This document shows positions 22,501 to 31,235 of a DNA stretch of 46,518 bases, piece after piece. The stretch comes from Prevotella sp. (GTDB lineage Bacteria; Bacteroidota; Bacteroidia; Bacteroidales; Bacteroidaceae). The notes under the pieces were generated by a model, which saw only the letters and a list, made by a program, of their open reading frames with translations, did no database searches and was not told the DNA's origin. Made by a program: the position numbers and the translations under genes. Position 1 is the first letter of the stretch. Every line of letters starts with the position of its first letter. Where the stretch lies: positions 1 to 46,518 of the forward strand of contig JAFZPF010000112.1 of NCBI GenBank assembly GCA_017550455.1, written 5' to 3'.

Positions 22501-22820
22501 CTATGGATAGTAAGTCGGCGTGGCACTCCACCCTCCTTATTGATAAGGTAAACGTCAAGACTGCCCTCACGTGCTGAGGTAAAAGCTATCTGCTGTCCAT
22601 CAGGACTCCATACGGGCTGTGAGTCATAAGCCGCATTCGTCGTGAGCTGTCGGGCATGGCCGCCACCCACAGGCACCGTAAAGAGATCACCCTGATAACT
22701 GAAGGCAATAGTACTACCATCAGGTGAGATGGCGTTATAACGCATCCACAACGGATTATTCTGAGCACTGAGGACCGTTGAGAAGGTCATAACAAGGATA
22801 GATAAAACGATTTTCTTCAT
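19593..22820 (-). CDS. tricorn-like S41 peptidase
   Basis: Signal peptide from ATG 22820 (MKKIVLSIL); PD40 repeats (WSPDG); GELNASH; PDZ region; DYSN catalytic region. Confidence 0.93.
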   Translation of the reverse strand: MKKIVLSILVMTFSTVLSAQNNPLWMRYNAISPDGSTIAFSYQGDLFTVPVGGGHARQLTTNAAYDSQPVWSPDGQQIAFTSAREGSLDVYLINKEGGVPRRLTIHSGSEVPLGFLDSQTILLQCNILPTAQSICFTQRMPQVYQVSTQGGRMRLFSSLTMDNLSVAPDGRILYHDRKGMEDTWRKHQTSAVVRDVWLKTKDDHFTKLTDTKCENRNPVWAADGRSFYYLSEASGSMNVYKKNIDGTGQRQITHMNTHPVRFLSVSQNGILCFGYNGEIYTMREGSEPQKVNIRIVTDSNNRDVVKQVQRSGATEIAVSPEGKEVAFILHGDVYVTSAEYNTTKQITDTPEQERSIDFSPDGRSLVYAAERGGFWQIYQSSIVKKEEKLFTYASDIKEERLTDSEVTSFLPKYSPNGKEVAFLENRTTLRVINLATKQVRTVMDGKYEYSYSDGDQWFQWSPDSRWLLSNYIGYGGWNNKDVALIKADGTEIHNVTQSGYNDTHAKWVLGGKAILFGSDRAGYRSHGSWGAEDDIYIMFFDLDAYEKFRMTKEETALLEEADKEKEKSKEETEKKSADDKKGKKAKEEDKKKEVEPLVFDLDNCRDRVIRLTVNSSNLGDALLTPKGDKLYYTARFEGTPDLWMHDMKEGTTSIVLKGVGRGELLADKDFKHVFLASEKGIKQIDIEKKSTKNIDFEATFNYKGGEEREYIFSHVWQQVADKFYLPDLHGVDWEGMKQNYCRFLPYINNNYDYAEMMCELLGELNASHTGMRYSPPSGRLATANLGVFIDDTYQGDGIKIDEVMAKGPFAVKKTDVKTGSIIEKIDGIAITKDMDYYPLLEGKAGKQVRVSVLNPDGRRFEVTVKAISTSERADLLYDRWVERNKKKVEELSGGKVAYVHVKAMDSPSFRRVYRELLSDENRQKQAAVVDERHNSGGWLHDDLCTLLAGKEYQRFMPRGQYIGTDPYNKWVKPSCVLICEDDYSNGHGFPWVYKTLGIGKLVGTPVAGTMTAVWWERVIDQTLVFGIPQVGCMDMQGRYQENLQLEPDITVYNTPEEMLQGIDRQLEAAVKEMMR

Positions 22821-23323
22821 GAGACTAACTGCTATTATTTGGGGTACGAAGATACAATTTTTTATGATATTACACCTTATTTTTGTATTAAATATATCAA
22901 AAAACCACCAAAAGGACAACCACGAAAAAAGATTTGACAGGTTTCTGCTTATAAGCGCAAGGCCTTCTGCTTGTAAGGTTGTTCGGGGAAAAGGCAACTT
23001 ATGCACCAACTACCATACGATCATGTACTGAGAATAATATTTCCGCGTACCAGAAAAAATGGTTTTTACGTGAGAAACGTTCGAAGATCCATGTTATTGC
23101 TTTTATTTGACTTTTCTACTTTAATGTTTTTTTCCGCAAATAAAGTTGAATTATCTAATAATTGCAAATCGGTTTAAGGTACTTTAGGCGTATTACGCTA
23201 TATATCTGAGAAATCCTATTATGAAAGTCTTGAAAAGGGGTCAACGATTCTTAACTTTTACCGGATAAAGGTTAAGAACGAATACCCGAAAAGTCAAGAA
23301 CGGTTGAGGGGACTTCTTGGATT

Positions 23324-24238
23324 TTATTTCTGGATATTCCTCGGATGATGCTCCAGAATAGCTTCGCGCAGGGTATGGGTGTCGATGTGGGTATATATCT
23401 CTGTAGTACCGATACTCTCATGACCGAGCATCGCCTGGATGACACGAAGGTCGGCACCTCCCTCCAACAATGCCGTGGCAAAACTGTGACGGAAGGTATG
23501 TGGGGAGATGGTCTTCCGGATACCTGCTTCGTCAGCGTATTTCTTCACCATGATAAGGATCATCGTACGGGTGAGATGAGCACCACGACGGTTTAGGAAG
23601 ACATAATCCTCCTCTCCTTTCTTGATGGTCATCAGCCTCCGGTCGTCAAACCAAAAACCTAACTCCTTGATAGCCTTCTGAGAGATGGGCACAAGACGTT
23701 CTTTCCTTCCCTTCCCTTCTACACGCACATACTCCTCGTCAAGATACAGATTACTCAGTTTGAGGTTCGTCAACTCACTGACACGCAGTCCGCAAGAGAA
23801 CAACACCTCAATAATAGCCTTGTTACGGTGCCCCTCCCACTTGGAGAGATCGATGGCCGACTCTATCGTATCTATCTCTTCCACGGATAACACCTCCGGC
23901 AAGTGATCACCCAACTGTGGACTCTCCAACAGTTCGGTAGGATCATCTTCTATATATCCGTCGGTGACGAGAAACTTATAGAAGCTACGTATCCCACTGA
24001 GGATACGACATTGTGAACGGGCAGTCACGCCGATATCATGGAGTGAAGCGGCAAAATGCTGTAAGTCTTCCAGTTTTACATTCTCTGCTTCGATATTCTC
24101 CCCATCTATATATGAAAGCAGCTTCTCCACGTCACGCGAATAAGCATCCAGCGTGTTCGGTGTGTAGTTACGCTGTAATTTCAGGTATCTCTGGTAGGCC
24201 CTGAGCAATAATAATCCACTTTTTTTCTCTTTTTCCAT
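23324..24238 (-). CDS. xerD: site-specific tyrosine recombinase XerD
   Basis: GLRVSEL, GKGRKER, HTFRHSFAT, LGH and TTEIYTH motifs; divergent from aroQ. Confidence 0.92.
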   Translation of the reverse strand: MEKEKKSGLLLLRAYQRYLKLQRNYTPNTLDAYSRDVEKLLSYIDGENIEAENVKLEDLQHFAASLHDIGVTARSQCRILSGIRSFYKFLVTDGYIEDDPTELLESPQLGDHLPEVLSVEEIDTIESAIDLSKWEGHRNKAIIEVLFSCGLRVSELTNLKLSNLYLDEEYVRVEGKGRKERLVPISQKAIKELGFWFDDRRLMTIKKGEEDYVFLNRRGAHLTRTMILIMVKKYADEAGIRKTISPHTFRHSFATALLEGGADLRVIQAMLGHESIGTTEIYTHIDTHTLREAILEHHPRNIQK

Positions 24239-24315
24239 GAAATTGTTTATCTTTGCAACTGTGGTTACAAGTGTTAACTGCTTCTGATTGCAAAGATAAT
24301 AAATAAAACCGATAT

Positions 24316-24744
24316 ATGAAAATTCTGATAATAAATGGTCCGAACCTGAACCTCTTAGGAGTTCGTGAACCGGAAATCTATGGCGACAGTAGTTTTGACA
24401 AGTATCTTCCCGAGTTACAGAAACGTTATCCTGACATAGAGATCAGCTATTTCCAGAGTAATGTGGAAGGAGAGTTGATCAACAAATTACAGGAGGTAGG
24501 GTTCAGTTACGATGGTATTGTTCTGAATGCCGGAGCCTATACCCATACGAGTATTGCCCTGCAGGACTGTATCCGTTCACTCAAAAGTCCTGTCGTTGAG
24601 GTACATATCAGCAATGTACACCAGCGCGAACCCTTCCGCCGTAAGAGCATGATCAGTTGTGTCTGCAAAGGTGTTATCTGCGGTTTCGGACTAGACAGTT
24701 ACCGGTTGGCCATAGAAGCGTTGAGAGTGAAAAGTGAAGAGTGA
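24316..24744 (+). CDS. aroQ: type II 3-dehydroquinate dehydratase
   Basis: NGPNLNLLGVREPEIYG and EVHISN motifs. Confidence 0.98.
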   Translation: MKILIINGPNLNLLGVREPEIYGDSSFDKYLPELQKRYPDIEISYFQSNVEGELINKLQEVGFSYDGIVLNAGAYTHTSIALQDCIRSLKSPVVEVHISNVHQREPFRRKSMISCVCKGVICGFGLDSYRLAIEALRVKSEE

Positions 24745-25369
24745 AGAATTAGAAAAATATATCCTTCAGCATATTGATGCGGAGGGTGATTATCTGTATC
24801 GTCTGTGGCGATCCACCAACGTTCATCTGTTACGTGGACGGATGGCCAGCGGTCATCTGCAGGGACGTTTATTGAAGATGCTCGTTCACATGATCCGTCC
24901 GAAGAACATCCTCGAGGTAGGAACCTTCAGCGGTTACAGCGCTATCTGCATGGCAGAAGGACTGGAAGAAGGGGGGAAGGTTTATACCTTTGAGATCAAC
25001 GATGAGCAGGAGGACTTCACCCGTCCGTGGATAGAAGGTTCATCGGTGGCAGATAAGATCATCTTCACCATCGGTGATGCGCTCGTGGAAGCTCCAAAGT
25101 TGGGAATCACCTTCGACATGGCTTTTATTGATGGTGATAAGCGCACGTATCTCGAGACTTACGAAATGGCGCTCAAGGTATTACGCAAAGGTGGTTTTAT
25201 CCTTGCTGACAACACCCTATGGGATGGTCATGTGTTAGAGACACCGGCTCCTGCCGACCGGCAGACGCAAGGTATTGAATCTTTCAACGATTATGTAGCA
25301 CGTGACAACCGCGTGGAGAAAGTGATCCTCCCCCTCCGTGACGGTCTCACCCTTATACGGAAAATATAG
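24734..25369 (+). CDS. class I SAM-dependent O-methyltransferase (GTG start)
   Basis: LEVGTFSGYS, FIDGDK and DNTLWDG motifs. Confidence 0.93.
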   Translation: MKSEELEKYILQHIDAEGDYLYRLWRSTNVHLLRGRMASGHLQGRLLKMLVHMIRPKNILEVGTFSGYSAICMAEGLEEGGKVYTFEINDEQEDFTRPWIEGSSVADKIIFTIGDALVEAPKLGITFDMAFIDGDKRTYLETYEMALKVLRKGGFILADNTLWDGHVLETPAPADRQTQGIESFNDYVARDNRVEKVILPLRDGLTLIRKI

Positions 25370-25379
25370 TTTAGGATTT

Positions 25380-25450
25380 ACGGCTTCGCCGTGATTATCG
25401 GCTGCACCTCAGCAATAAGCAAGCTTACTGCATTCGGTTTGCACGATAAT
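25380..25450 (+). repeat. dispersed hairpin element embedded in a heptamer array
   Basis: ACGGC-TTC-GCCGT, then ATTATCG...CGATAAT stem enclosing CACCTCAGCAATAAGC/GCTTACTGCATTCGG. Confidence 0.65.
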
Positions 25451-25499
25451 TAGGGTTTAGGGGTTAGAGTTTAGAGTCCCTCCCCTAAACTATCAATTA

Positions 25500-26891
25500 T
25501 CAATTATTAACTAAGTACCCTCCTACCTTATTTATAAAAGGAGCACCCTTGCGGGAACGAAGGACGATACGCAGTTGCTTCGTCTGAATGTTCTCAAACC
25601 GGATGATACGCTTATATCCCACCGTGGTCATCTCTTCCTTACACACGATAGGCAGCCATCCCTTCTTTGTCTTATATTCCACGGTGAAACGATTTACCCG
25701 TTGCCCGGTAGCGATATCCTCACCTAACATCAGACAGTTGAGCGTTTGTTTTCCACGTAACTTACAGATGATTTCCTGACAGGGGACTCCTCCCTCCACG
25801 AAATCTCTCTTTTGTAATCGCCCGCTTTCAACCAGATTATGCTGGAAATCACGACGGATCATCTCAGCAAAGGTAACCAGATGGATGGAATCAACAGCAG
25901 AGATCAGTCCGTCTTTATTCACCGGCACATTCAAAAGCATCGTAGCATTACGCCCCACGCTCTTATAATAGATCTCACGCAGTGTCTCCGGTGTCTTCAC
26001 CTTGTCATTCTCCTGATCATGATAAAACCATCCCGGACGGATAGACACATCACATTCCGCAGCCGTCCATTGATAACCGTCAGCATGACCATTGGGCAAC
26101 TCCTGATACTTTGGATATCCCGGATACACCTCTTTGCCACGCAGAAAAGCCCAGTTGGTTTCTCCTGCAAAACCATCTTCATTACCTACCCAACGACAAC
26201 CGGGGCCACCATCGGAGAAGATAATCGTCTGTGGCTGGTACTTCCTTACTTTCTGGAAAAGGTTAGGAAAGTTATAATAAGTACCTCTGTCGATATTCCG
26301 TTTCTCATTGGCTCCTCCATACCATCCGTCACCGCCATTAGCTCCATCGAACCAAATCTCGAAGAGCGGACCGTATTGTGTGAGCAACTCCTCTAACTGA
26401 CGGTTATAATACTCCACATAAGCCGGCGTGCCATAGGTAGCCTGATGACGATCCCACGGTGAGAGATAAAGCCCGAACTTCATACCATACTTCTTACAAG
26501 CCTCATACAGTTCCCTGACCAAATCACCCTTTCCACCACGGAAAGGAGAAGCTGTGATGTTATAGTCGGTATATTTGGAGGGCCACAGACAGAAACCGTC
26601 GTGATGCTTGGCGGTAAGGATCACTCCTTTCATACCACCTTTCTGCAGTACACGCACCCACTGTTCACAGTCGAGTTTCTGGGGGCTGAACACTTTCGGA
26701 TCAGCATCACCATATCCCCACTCCTTATCGGTATAGGTATTCAGTCCGTAATGGATAAAGGCATACGTCTCCATCTCCTGCCATGCCACCTGATAAGGGG
26801 TCGGCAGCGGTTCTACAGTCTCTTGTGCTCTCACGTCAAGAGTGCCCAGCAGACTGAGCATCACAAGACATATCTTTATTTTTTGTAACAT
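25500..26891 (-). CDS. GH29 alpha-L-fucosidase family glycosidase
   Basis: TAKHHDGFCLWPS, YLSPWD, WFDGA and ECDVSIRPGWFYH motifs; signal peptide. Confidence 0.95.
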   Translation of the reverse strand: MLQKIKICLVMLSLLGTLDVRAQETVEPLPTPYQVAWQEMETYAFIHYGLNTYTDKEWGYGDADPKVFSPQKLDCEQWVRVLQKGGMKGVILTAKHHDGFCLWPSKYTDYNITASPFRGGKGDLVRELYEACKKYGMKFGLYLSPWDRHQATYGTPAYVEYYNRQLEELLTQYGPLFEIWFDGANGGDGWYGGANEKRNIDRGTYYNFPNLFQKVRKYQPQTIIFSDGGPGCRWVGNEDGFAGETNWAFLRGKEVYPGYPKYQELPNGHADGYQWTAAECDVSIRPGWFYHDQENDKVKTPETLREIYYKSVGRNATMLLNVPVNKDGLISAVDSIHLVTFAEMIRRDFQHNLVESGRLQKRDFVEGGVPCQEIICKLRGKQTLNCLMLGEDIATGQRVNRFTVEYKTKKGWLPIVCKEEMTTVGYKRIIRFENIQTKQLRIVLRSRKGAPFINKVGGYLVNN

Positions 26892-27694
26892 AAGGCAGCA
26901 CCGATAGCTGTACAGAATTGTGAATATTTCGGTATGATAAAATGTACACCGTAGAGATTCTCCATGGCAGGATAAACGATGTTACACTGTGGCAGCAGAC
27001 TGAGATTACCGATGAGCACAAACTCACGAATACCATTTCCTAAAGAAGACAATATAGCAGCCGAGCCGATAGTCTGCAAAACCATACAGATCAGTCCTAA
27101 TGCCAGGTCCTCAGGGGTTACCGTGCTCTTCACCTTTCCGAAGAGGGATGCCGTGGCATCCATCGGCAGGTTTGGCAATGCGATAGAACTGATATCGCCG
27201 ATCTGCAGATCAACCTGCGAGAGATCACCCCGCTCAGCCATATTTGCCACCAACTTGATATCATCGGTATTCAGCAACAACCGTGATAATCCCGCCAGTG
27301 TTCCACCACCCATACCGATACCTCCGATATGACTGATGTCTTCACCGTCGCACTTCACTAAGGTTGTTCCTGTGCCCATGCTCACCACAATCATCTTTTC
27401 CTGCTTCGACTCATAACGGGCACCCAAGCCATCGGCAATAAACTCTTCTGCCTTGGAAGTGGGCAGACCATAGATCGGTTCGTTGACATAACCGGCACCG
27501 ACACCCGTGAGCATCACATGATCCACATCCTTCAGCGCAATCTTATTGTCGTAAAGATATTTGCCGAAAGCACCATACAACGAGGTTACCGGATCGGTAG
27601 CTTTGATGCGGATAGGAGAAATAACAATATCGTCACGAAGACCCACAATCTTCGTGGTACTGATACCCACATCGATTCCAATAATTATACCCAT
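26876..27694 (-). CDS. type II pantothenate kinase-like (ASKHA fold)
   Basis: GIDVGISTTK, LTGVG, MGTGT, GGGTL and TAIGA motifs. Confidence 0.85.
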   Translation of the reverse strand: MGIIIGIDVGISTTKIVGLRDDIVISPIRIKATDPVTSLYGAFGKYLYDNKIALKDVDHVMLTGVGAGYVNEPIYGLPTSKAEEFIADGLGARYESKQEKMIVVSMGTGTTLVKCDGEDISHIGGIGMGGGTLAGLSRLLLNTDDIKLVANMAERGDLSQVDLQIGDISSIALPNLPMDATASLFGKVKSTVTPEDLALGLICMVLQTIGSAAILSSLGNGIREFVLIGNLSLLPQCNIVYPAMENLYGVHFIIPKYSQFCTAIGAALCYKK

Positions 27695-27709
27695 TTTCTT
27701 TTATATTAT

Positions 27710-28048
27710 CTATTTAAGGAAATCAGCACGATGCGGACTGAACGTGTCAACCAGCATTCCTGCCTCTAAACAGACACACCCATGAAGGAGATCGGGAGCC
27801 ACGTAGTAACCGTCACCGGCAGAGAGCACGGCCGTCTCTCCATCTATCGTCACCTCAAACTTCCCACTCTCCACCAGTGTCGTCTGACTGTGTGGATGAC
27901 GATGGGCAGAACCCACAGCACCCTTCTCAAACTTCACCTTCACCAACATCAACTGTTCGTCATAACCGAGAATCTGCCGGGTAACGCCAGGCTCGGGATT
28001 CTCCCAACCTATATTCTCAGCATGCAAAAACTTGTCACTTCTTATCAT
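27710..28048 (-). CDS. kdgF: cupin, KdgF-like uronate-processing protein
   Basis: [22 protein letters not shown] and FSPHRADFL match the KdgF pattern. Confidence 0.75.
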   Translation of the reverse strand: MIRSDKFLHAENIGWENPEPGVTRQILGYDEQLMLVKVKFEKGAVGSAHRHPHSQTTLVESGKFEVTIDGETAVLSAGDGYYVAPDLLHGCVCLEAGMLVDTFSPHRADFLK

Positions 28049-28232
28049 CTGTATCTCCTTTCTTTTTATCTGGATCCATACTCTTCACTTCATCCTCCAC
28101 TTCGTTGAGGCCTTGTTTGAAACTCTTCACACCCTTGCCCAATCCTCTCATGAGCTCAGGAATCTTCTTACCGCCGAAAAGCAGCAAGATAACCAATACA
28201 ATCAGTAGTATCTCCGGTGTTCCTATATTCAT
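28035..28232 (-). CDS. tatA: twin-arginine translocase TatA
   Basis: [23 protein letters not shown]. Confidence 0.95.
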   Translation of the reverse strand: MNIGTPEILLIVLVILLLFGGKKIPELMRGLGKGVKSFKQGLNEVEDEVKSMDPDKKKGDTDDKK

Positions 28233-28379
28233 AATTTTCCTTGTTATAATATTATAAATATCCTACATTTTGTTTCGTCTGCAAATATACAAAAATTCCC
28301 CGAAGATTCAAATGTTTCGAAAATTATTTCATTTATCCGAAAAAAAACATACCTTTGCATGATTGGTGAAGAGTGAAGA

Positions 28380-28452
28380 ATTTTGCGAGTAAGCGAGAGC
28401 AGAGTGAAACAAGTTTCAACTCTGCCGAGCGTGAGCAAAATCGCCGAAGGCA
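28380..28452 (-). repeat. dispersed hairpin element flanked by GTGAAGAGTGAAGA direct repeats
   Basis: Reverse complement GCCTTCGGC-GA-TTTTGC..CGCTCGGCAGAG/CTCTGCTCTCGCTT..GCAAAA. Confidence 0.7.
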
Positions 28453-28508
28453 GTGAAGAGTGAAGAGTTTAAGGCTTAAGGCTTTAAGGCTTTAAGGCTT
28501 TGAGGAAG

Positions 28509-28555
28509 ATGAAAAAAGGATTGGTATTGGAAGGAGGAGCGTTGAGGGGATTATT
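28509..28555 (+). pseudogene. orphan 5' fragment (about 16 codons) of the patatin gene
   Basis: MKKGLVLEGGALRGLF, identical in protein to the start of 31686-32537, with the same TACCTTTGCATGATTGGT promoter upstream. Confidence 0.9.
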
Positions 28556-28783
28556 CCGTATGCAATTGCCGTCTCCGAAGATGGTTCCTGTCCCCAAGTC
28601 GATACTGCTTTCCGTTTCCGAGATCACTCGGTTAACAACATCACCCAGACTCTTTGCGATGCTGACTTTATCGAATGTGTTTACTGATGAGGCAGGAATA
28701 GCAGAAGGGAACAACATCAACAAGACTGCAAGAAGATATCTTGCCGTCTGAGTGAATACGTATATGTTGCTCCTGTATCTCAT
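28556..28783 (-). pseudogene. 3'-truncated secreted protein gene
   Basis: Signal-peptide-like N-terminus; frame runs into the antisense of the patatin fragment at the junction. Confidence 0.5.
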
Positions 28784-28804
28784 ATATTGCTAATCAGATC
28801 ATTT

Positions 28805-29341
28805 TTAGTCCCGCTTTGATATAGGAAAGGTTATCCTAAGGATTTCTTTTATTATAGGATGGCCATTGTACAAAATATAATGAGATGGATCAATATATAA
28901 ACACAAAGTATCATTATTAAGCTTTGTCCTATAAATTATATCGAACATTTGTTTTACATATTTCTCCTTTTTCCCAAACAGTTCGTAGGAGGTTTGGATA
29001 TACGCAGACTCACCAAATGATTTCCCTCTTTCCTTTACCGGAATAATAGAAATGTTTGAGCTTGTTGTCACAATACGAAGTGAATCAGGGGTTATTAAAA
29101 ATCCTTTTCCTCGTAAAGTAGTATGAACAGTGATCCTATACGCATAGGTAGAATCTCCTTCCCATGTGCATTCAATACATGATTTATTTTTATCTAACAT
29201 TAATTCTTTTCTAATTTCCCCATCAATTAAAAGCCTTTTTATTCTTATTACTTTATAACTAGAAAAAACGAGAAGAGCCAGAAATAGGACAATTACCTTA
29301 AATGTCATTTTAGAACCCATAGAGATATTTATATTCCACAT
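28805..29341 (-). CDS. AT-rich hypothetical protein, lipoprotein/immunity-like
   Basis: 178 aa; hydrophobic leader ending LLVFSSY (lipobox-like, TAT where TGT would be expected); true start may be an internal Met. Confidence 0.6.
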   Translation of the reverse strand: MWNINISMGSKMTFKVIVLFLALLVFSSYKVIRIKRLLIDGEIRKELMLDKNKSCIECTWEGDSTYAYRITVHTTLRGKGFLITPDSLRIVTTSSNISIIPVKERGKSFGESAYIQTSYELFGKKEKYVKQMFDIIYRTKLNNDTLCLYIDPSHYILYNGHPIIKEILRITFPISKRD

Positions 29342-29416
29342 AGATCACCACCATTTCGTTTTATGTAAATCGATAAAATCCTCGTAATAATTATACCTTT
29401 CGACAAAGTTCCCTCC

Positions 29417-29676
29417 CGTTCCGGCGGATATATCATCCGCCGGTAATGAATATCAGGATTTAGATAAAATAGGCTGCGCTCGGCAATTTGAAAGCGAACT
29501 TTCATTGCACTCACTTGCACTATTTTTGCAATCCGCGAAAAGTTCTTTATAGTAACTGTTTGCTGCTCCATGTTTATTGCCGTTATTCACGCATTATACA
29601 TATTTTCATTATTTAAGTTACATGCGGATAGCATATCCGCCATTACTGACATCGGGATAACATATCCCGATGAACG
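29417..29676. repeat. inverted pair of CGTTC-headed REP hairpins (REPIN-like) with a nested hairpin element at 29461-29529
   Basis: CGTTCCGGCGGAT-ATATC-ATCCGCCGG at 29417-29443 and CATCGGGAT-AACAT-ATCCCGATGAACG at 29650-29676, each with a secondary GGAT..ATCC hairpin. Confidence 0.75.
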
Positions 29677-30265
29677 GATAGATGCTCTCAACATCCTGCA
29701 GGGTGATGAACTTGCCCTCACAGAGCCAGTCAATCAGTTTTGTCGCTGTTGTGCCAGATGTATTACTAACCACGCTCGACAACTTGATATTGCAGTCCTC
29801 TAAGATTCTCATGATGCGATTCTTTTCTGAAGCCACATGCTGTATCAGTTTATTGCGGTAGCGAGTCAGGTCTCTAAGCTGTCGCTGTTCCTTGGGGGGA
29901 ATATAACTCGGCTTTAGTAAACCTGCCAACAGGAGCTTGCATATCCACTCGCTGTCCATCTTGTCTGTCTTGTGGCCTGGCACATTCTTAATGTGACGGG
30001 CGTTCACTATCCAGACATTCGGTATCGCATCTTCGAGTATGCGGTACACGGGCTTCCAGTAGACTCCCGTACTCTCCATTGCCACGTGGGTAATGCCGTT
30101 CTGCAATAGCCATTCTTTCAATTCTGTCAAAGAACTCGTGAAGGTGTCGAATGAACGCGTCTCCTTGCGGATACCTTCACCCTTGATCGTTGCCACCACC
30201 ACCTTCAAGTGGACGTCAATGCCACAGCCGCGTAGCACTTGACTCGGGAATGAAACTTCTGCCAT
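29677..30265 (-). mobile_element. IS110-family transposase, C-terminally truncated
   Basis: CGIDVH, AMESTGVYW, KTDKMD (DEDD RuvC-like domain) and LRDLTRYR coiled coil; C-terminal catalytic-Ser domain absent; the frame enters REP sequence at 29677. Confidence 0.9.
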
Positions 30266-30356
30266 ATGATATACCTTTGGGGGTTCTGCCTACAAAGGTA
30301 ATATCAGATTAACAATTTTCATCCGCTTTGGCGAATATTATTTATTCATGGGCATT

Positions 30357-30959
30357 TCATTTTATTTGTTTTTGGGTCCAATCAGGATCTTTTAATATAT
30401 TACACCATATCTGATATATTTCTAATATACCATTTTCTTTACGCACACCTTTTGCAATCTTTATTGCTAATATATATATCAACCATATTGGGTTCATTTC
30501 AAGATTTCTAATTTTAATAACCATGTGTCCATAATTATTTTCCCTCTTATTTTTAGTATATTGTTCCCATTTTAAATCTTTATTATTGAATATCATAGTG
30601 TCACCAAGGTAAATCCCCACATCCATTATCTTTGAATACGTTGCTAAACTTAAATCCCAGTTCTCAACATGTATCTCTGAAGAAAATGAAGTTTTTTTTT
30701 CTTCATATTCATTTTCAGATAATAATTCTCTCTCAACATTATTTAAAAACCAATGAGATAATAATGTAAGAGATTCTTCCGAATAATCTGGTCTCCAAGT
30801 CTTAAATTGAGTATCAGCTACAATAACATGAGTTAGTTCTTCAACACGAATTAATTTGTTGTTAACAAACCAATCGGAGTATAATTTTACTTTTTTCTTA
30901 TCGTAATTATAAAAGTCCAATCCGATTGGAAGATTATTAATAATATTATATTTTTTCAT
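30357..30959 (-). CDS. AT-rich hypothetical protein, immunity-protein-like
   Basis: 200 aa, very low GC; DYSEESL..L..W and DVGIYLG..LKW..YG..VI..NP pattern recalled from genes downstream of polymorphic toxins. Confidence 0.6.
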   Translation of the reverse strand: MKKYNIINNLPIGLDFYNYDKKKVKLYSDWFVNNKLIRVEELTHVIVADTQFKTWRPDYSEESLTLLSHWFLNNVERELLSENEYEEKKTSFSSEIHVENWDLSLATYSKIMDVGIYLGDTMIFNNKDLKWEQYTKNKRENNYGHMVIKIRNLEMNPIWLIYILAIKIAKGVRKENGILEIYQIWCNILKDPDWTQKQIK

Positions 30960-31049
30960 CTTTGATTAATTAATGATTGTTTGACATTAATGATTACATT
31001 ATGCGAAAAACTCAACCCTTGTAATTATAATTTTCAAAGTTTTTTTATT

Positions 31050-31084
31050 GATCAAATGGGGACGGTTCTGCAATGATCCGTTTT
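31050..31084. repeat. GATCA-stem/GGGGACGGT-loop hairpin, copy 1
   Basis: 31 of 35 nt identical to 46379-46413. Confidence 0.85.
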
Positions 31085-31235
31085 ATCATCCGCAATAACT
31101 TCATCTTCTCCTCCTTTCTTTATTGATAAAATATTGTTAACTTGACTTTTAGCTATTACTTAGCGTTTGTATAACTTTGGCAAATATAGAGGATTTTTTT
31201 CATCCTGCAAAGAGAATCATGATTATTTTGGTTCA

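Noticed and set aside
22821-23009. 63-aa N-terminal extension of the S41 peptidase in the ORF track
   Set aside because: The signal peptide begins at ATG 22820; the extension is AT-rich promoter-region sequence.
22850-23320. About 500 bp intergenic gap between xerD and the S41 peptidase with a TTCTGCTT(A/G)TAAG direct repeat
   Set aside because: No convincing structure, ORF or second copy in the window; insufficient evidence.
23324-24238. xerD as the integrase of the accessory islets
   Set aside because: Housekeeping-type XerD in a core context next to aroQ, several kb from the islets; no dif-like sites recognised beside the cassettes.
29329-29571. 80-aa ORF, and similar short ORFs at 14250-14651 and 43622-44216
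   Set aside because: They translate through palindromic repeats and show no protein-like features.
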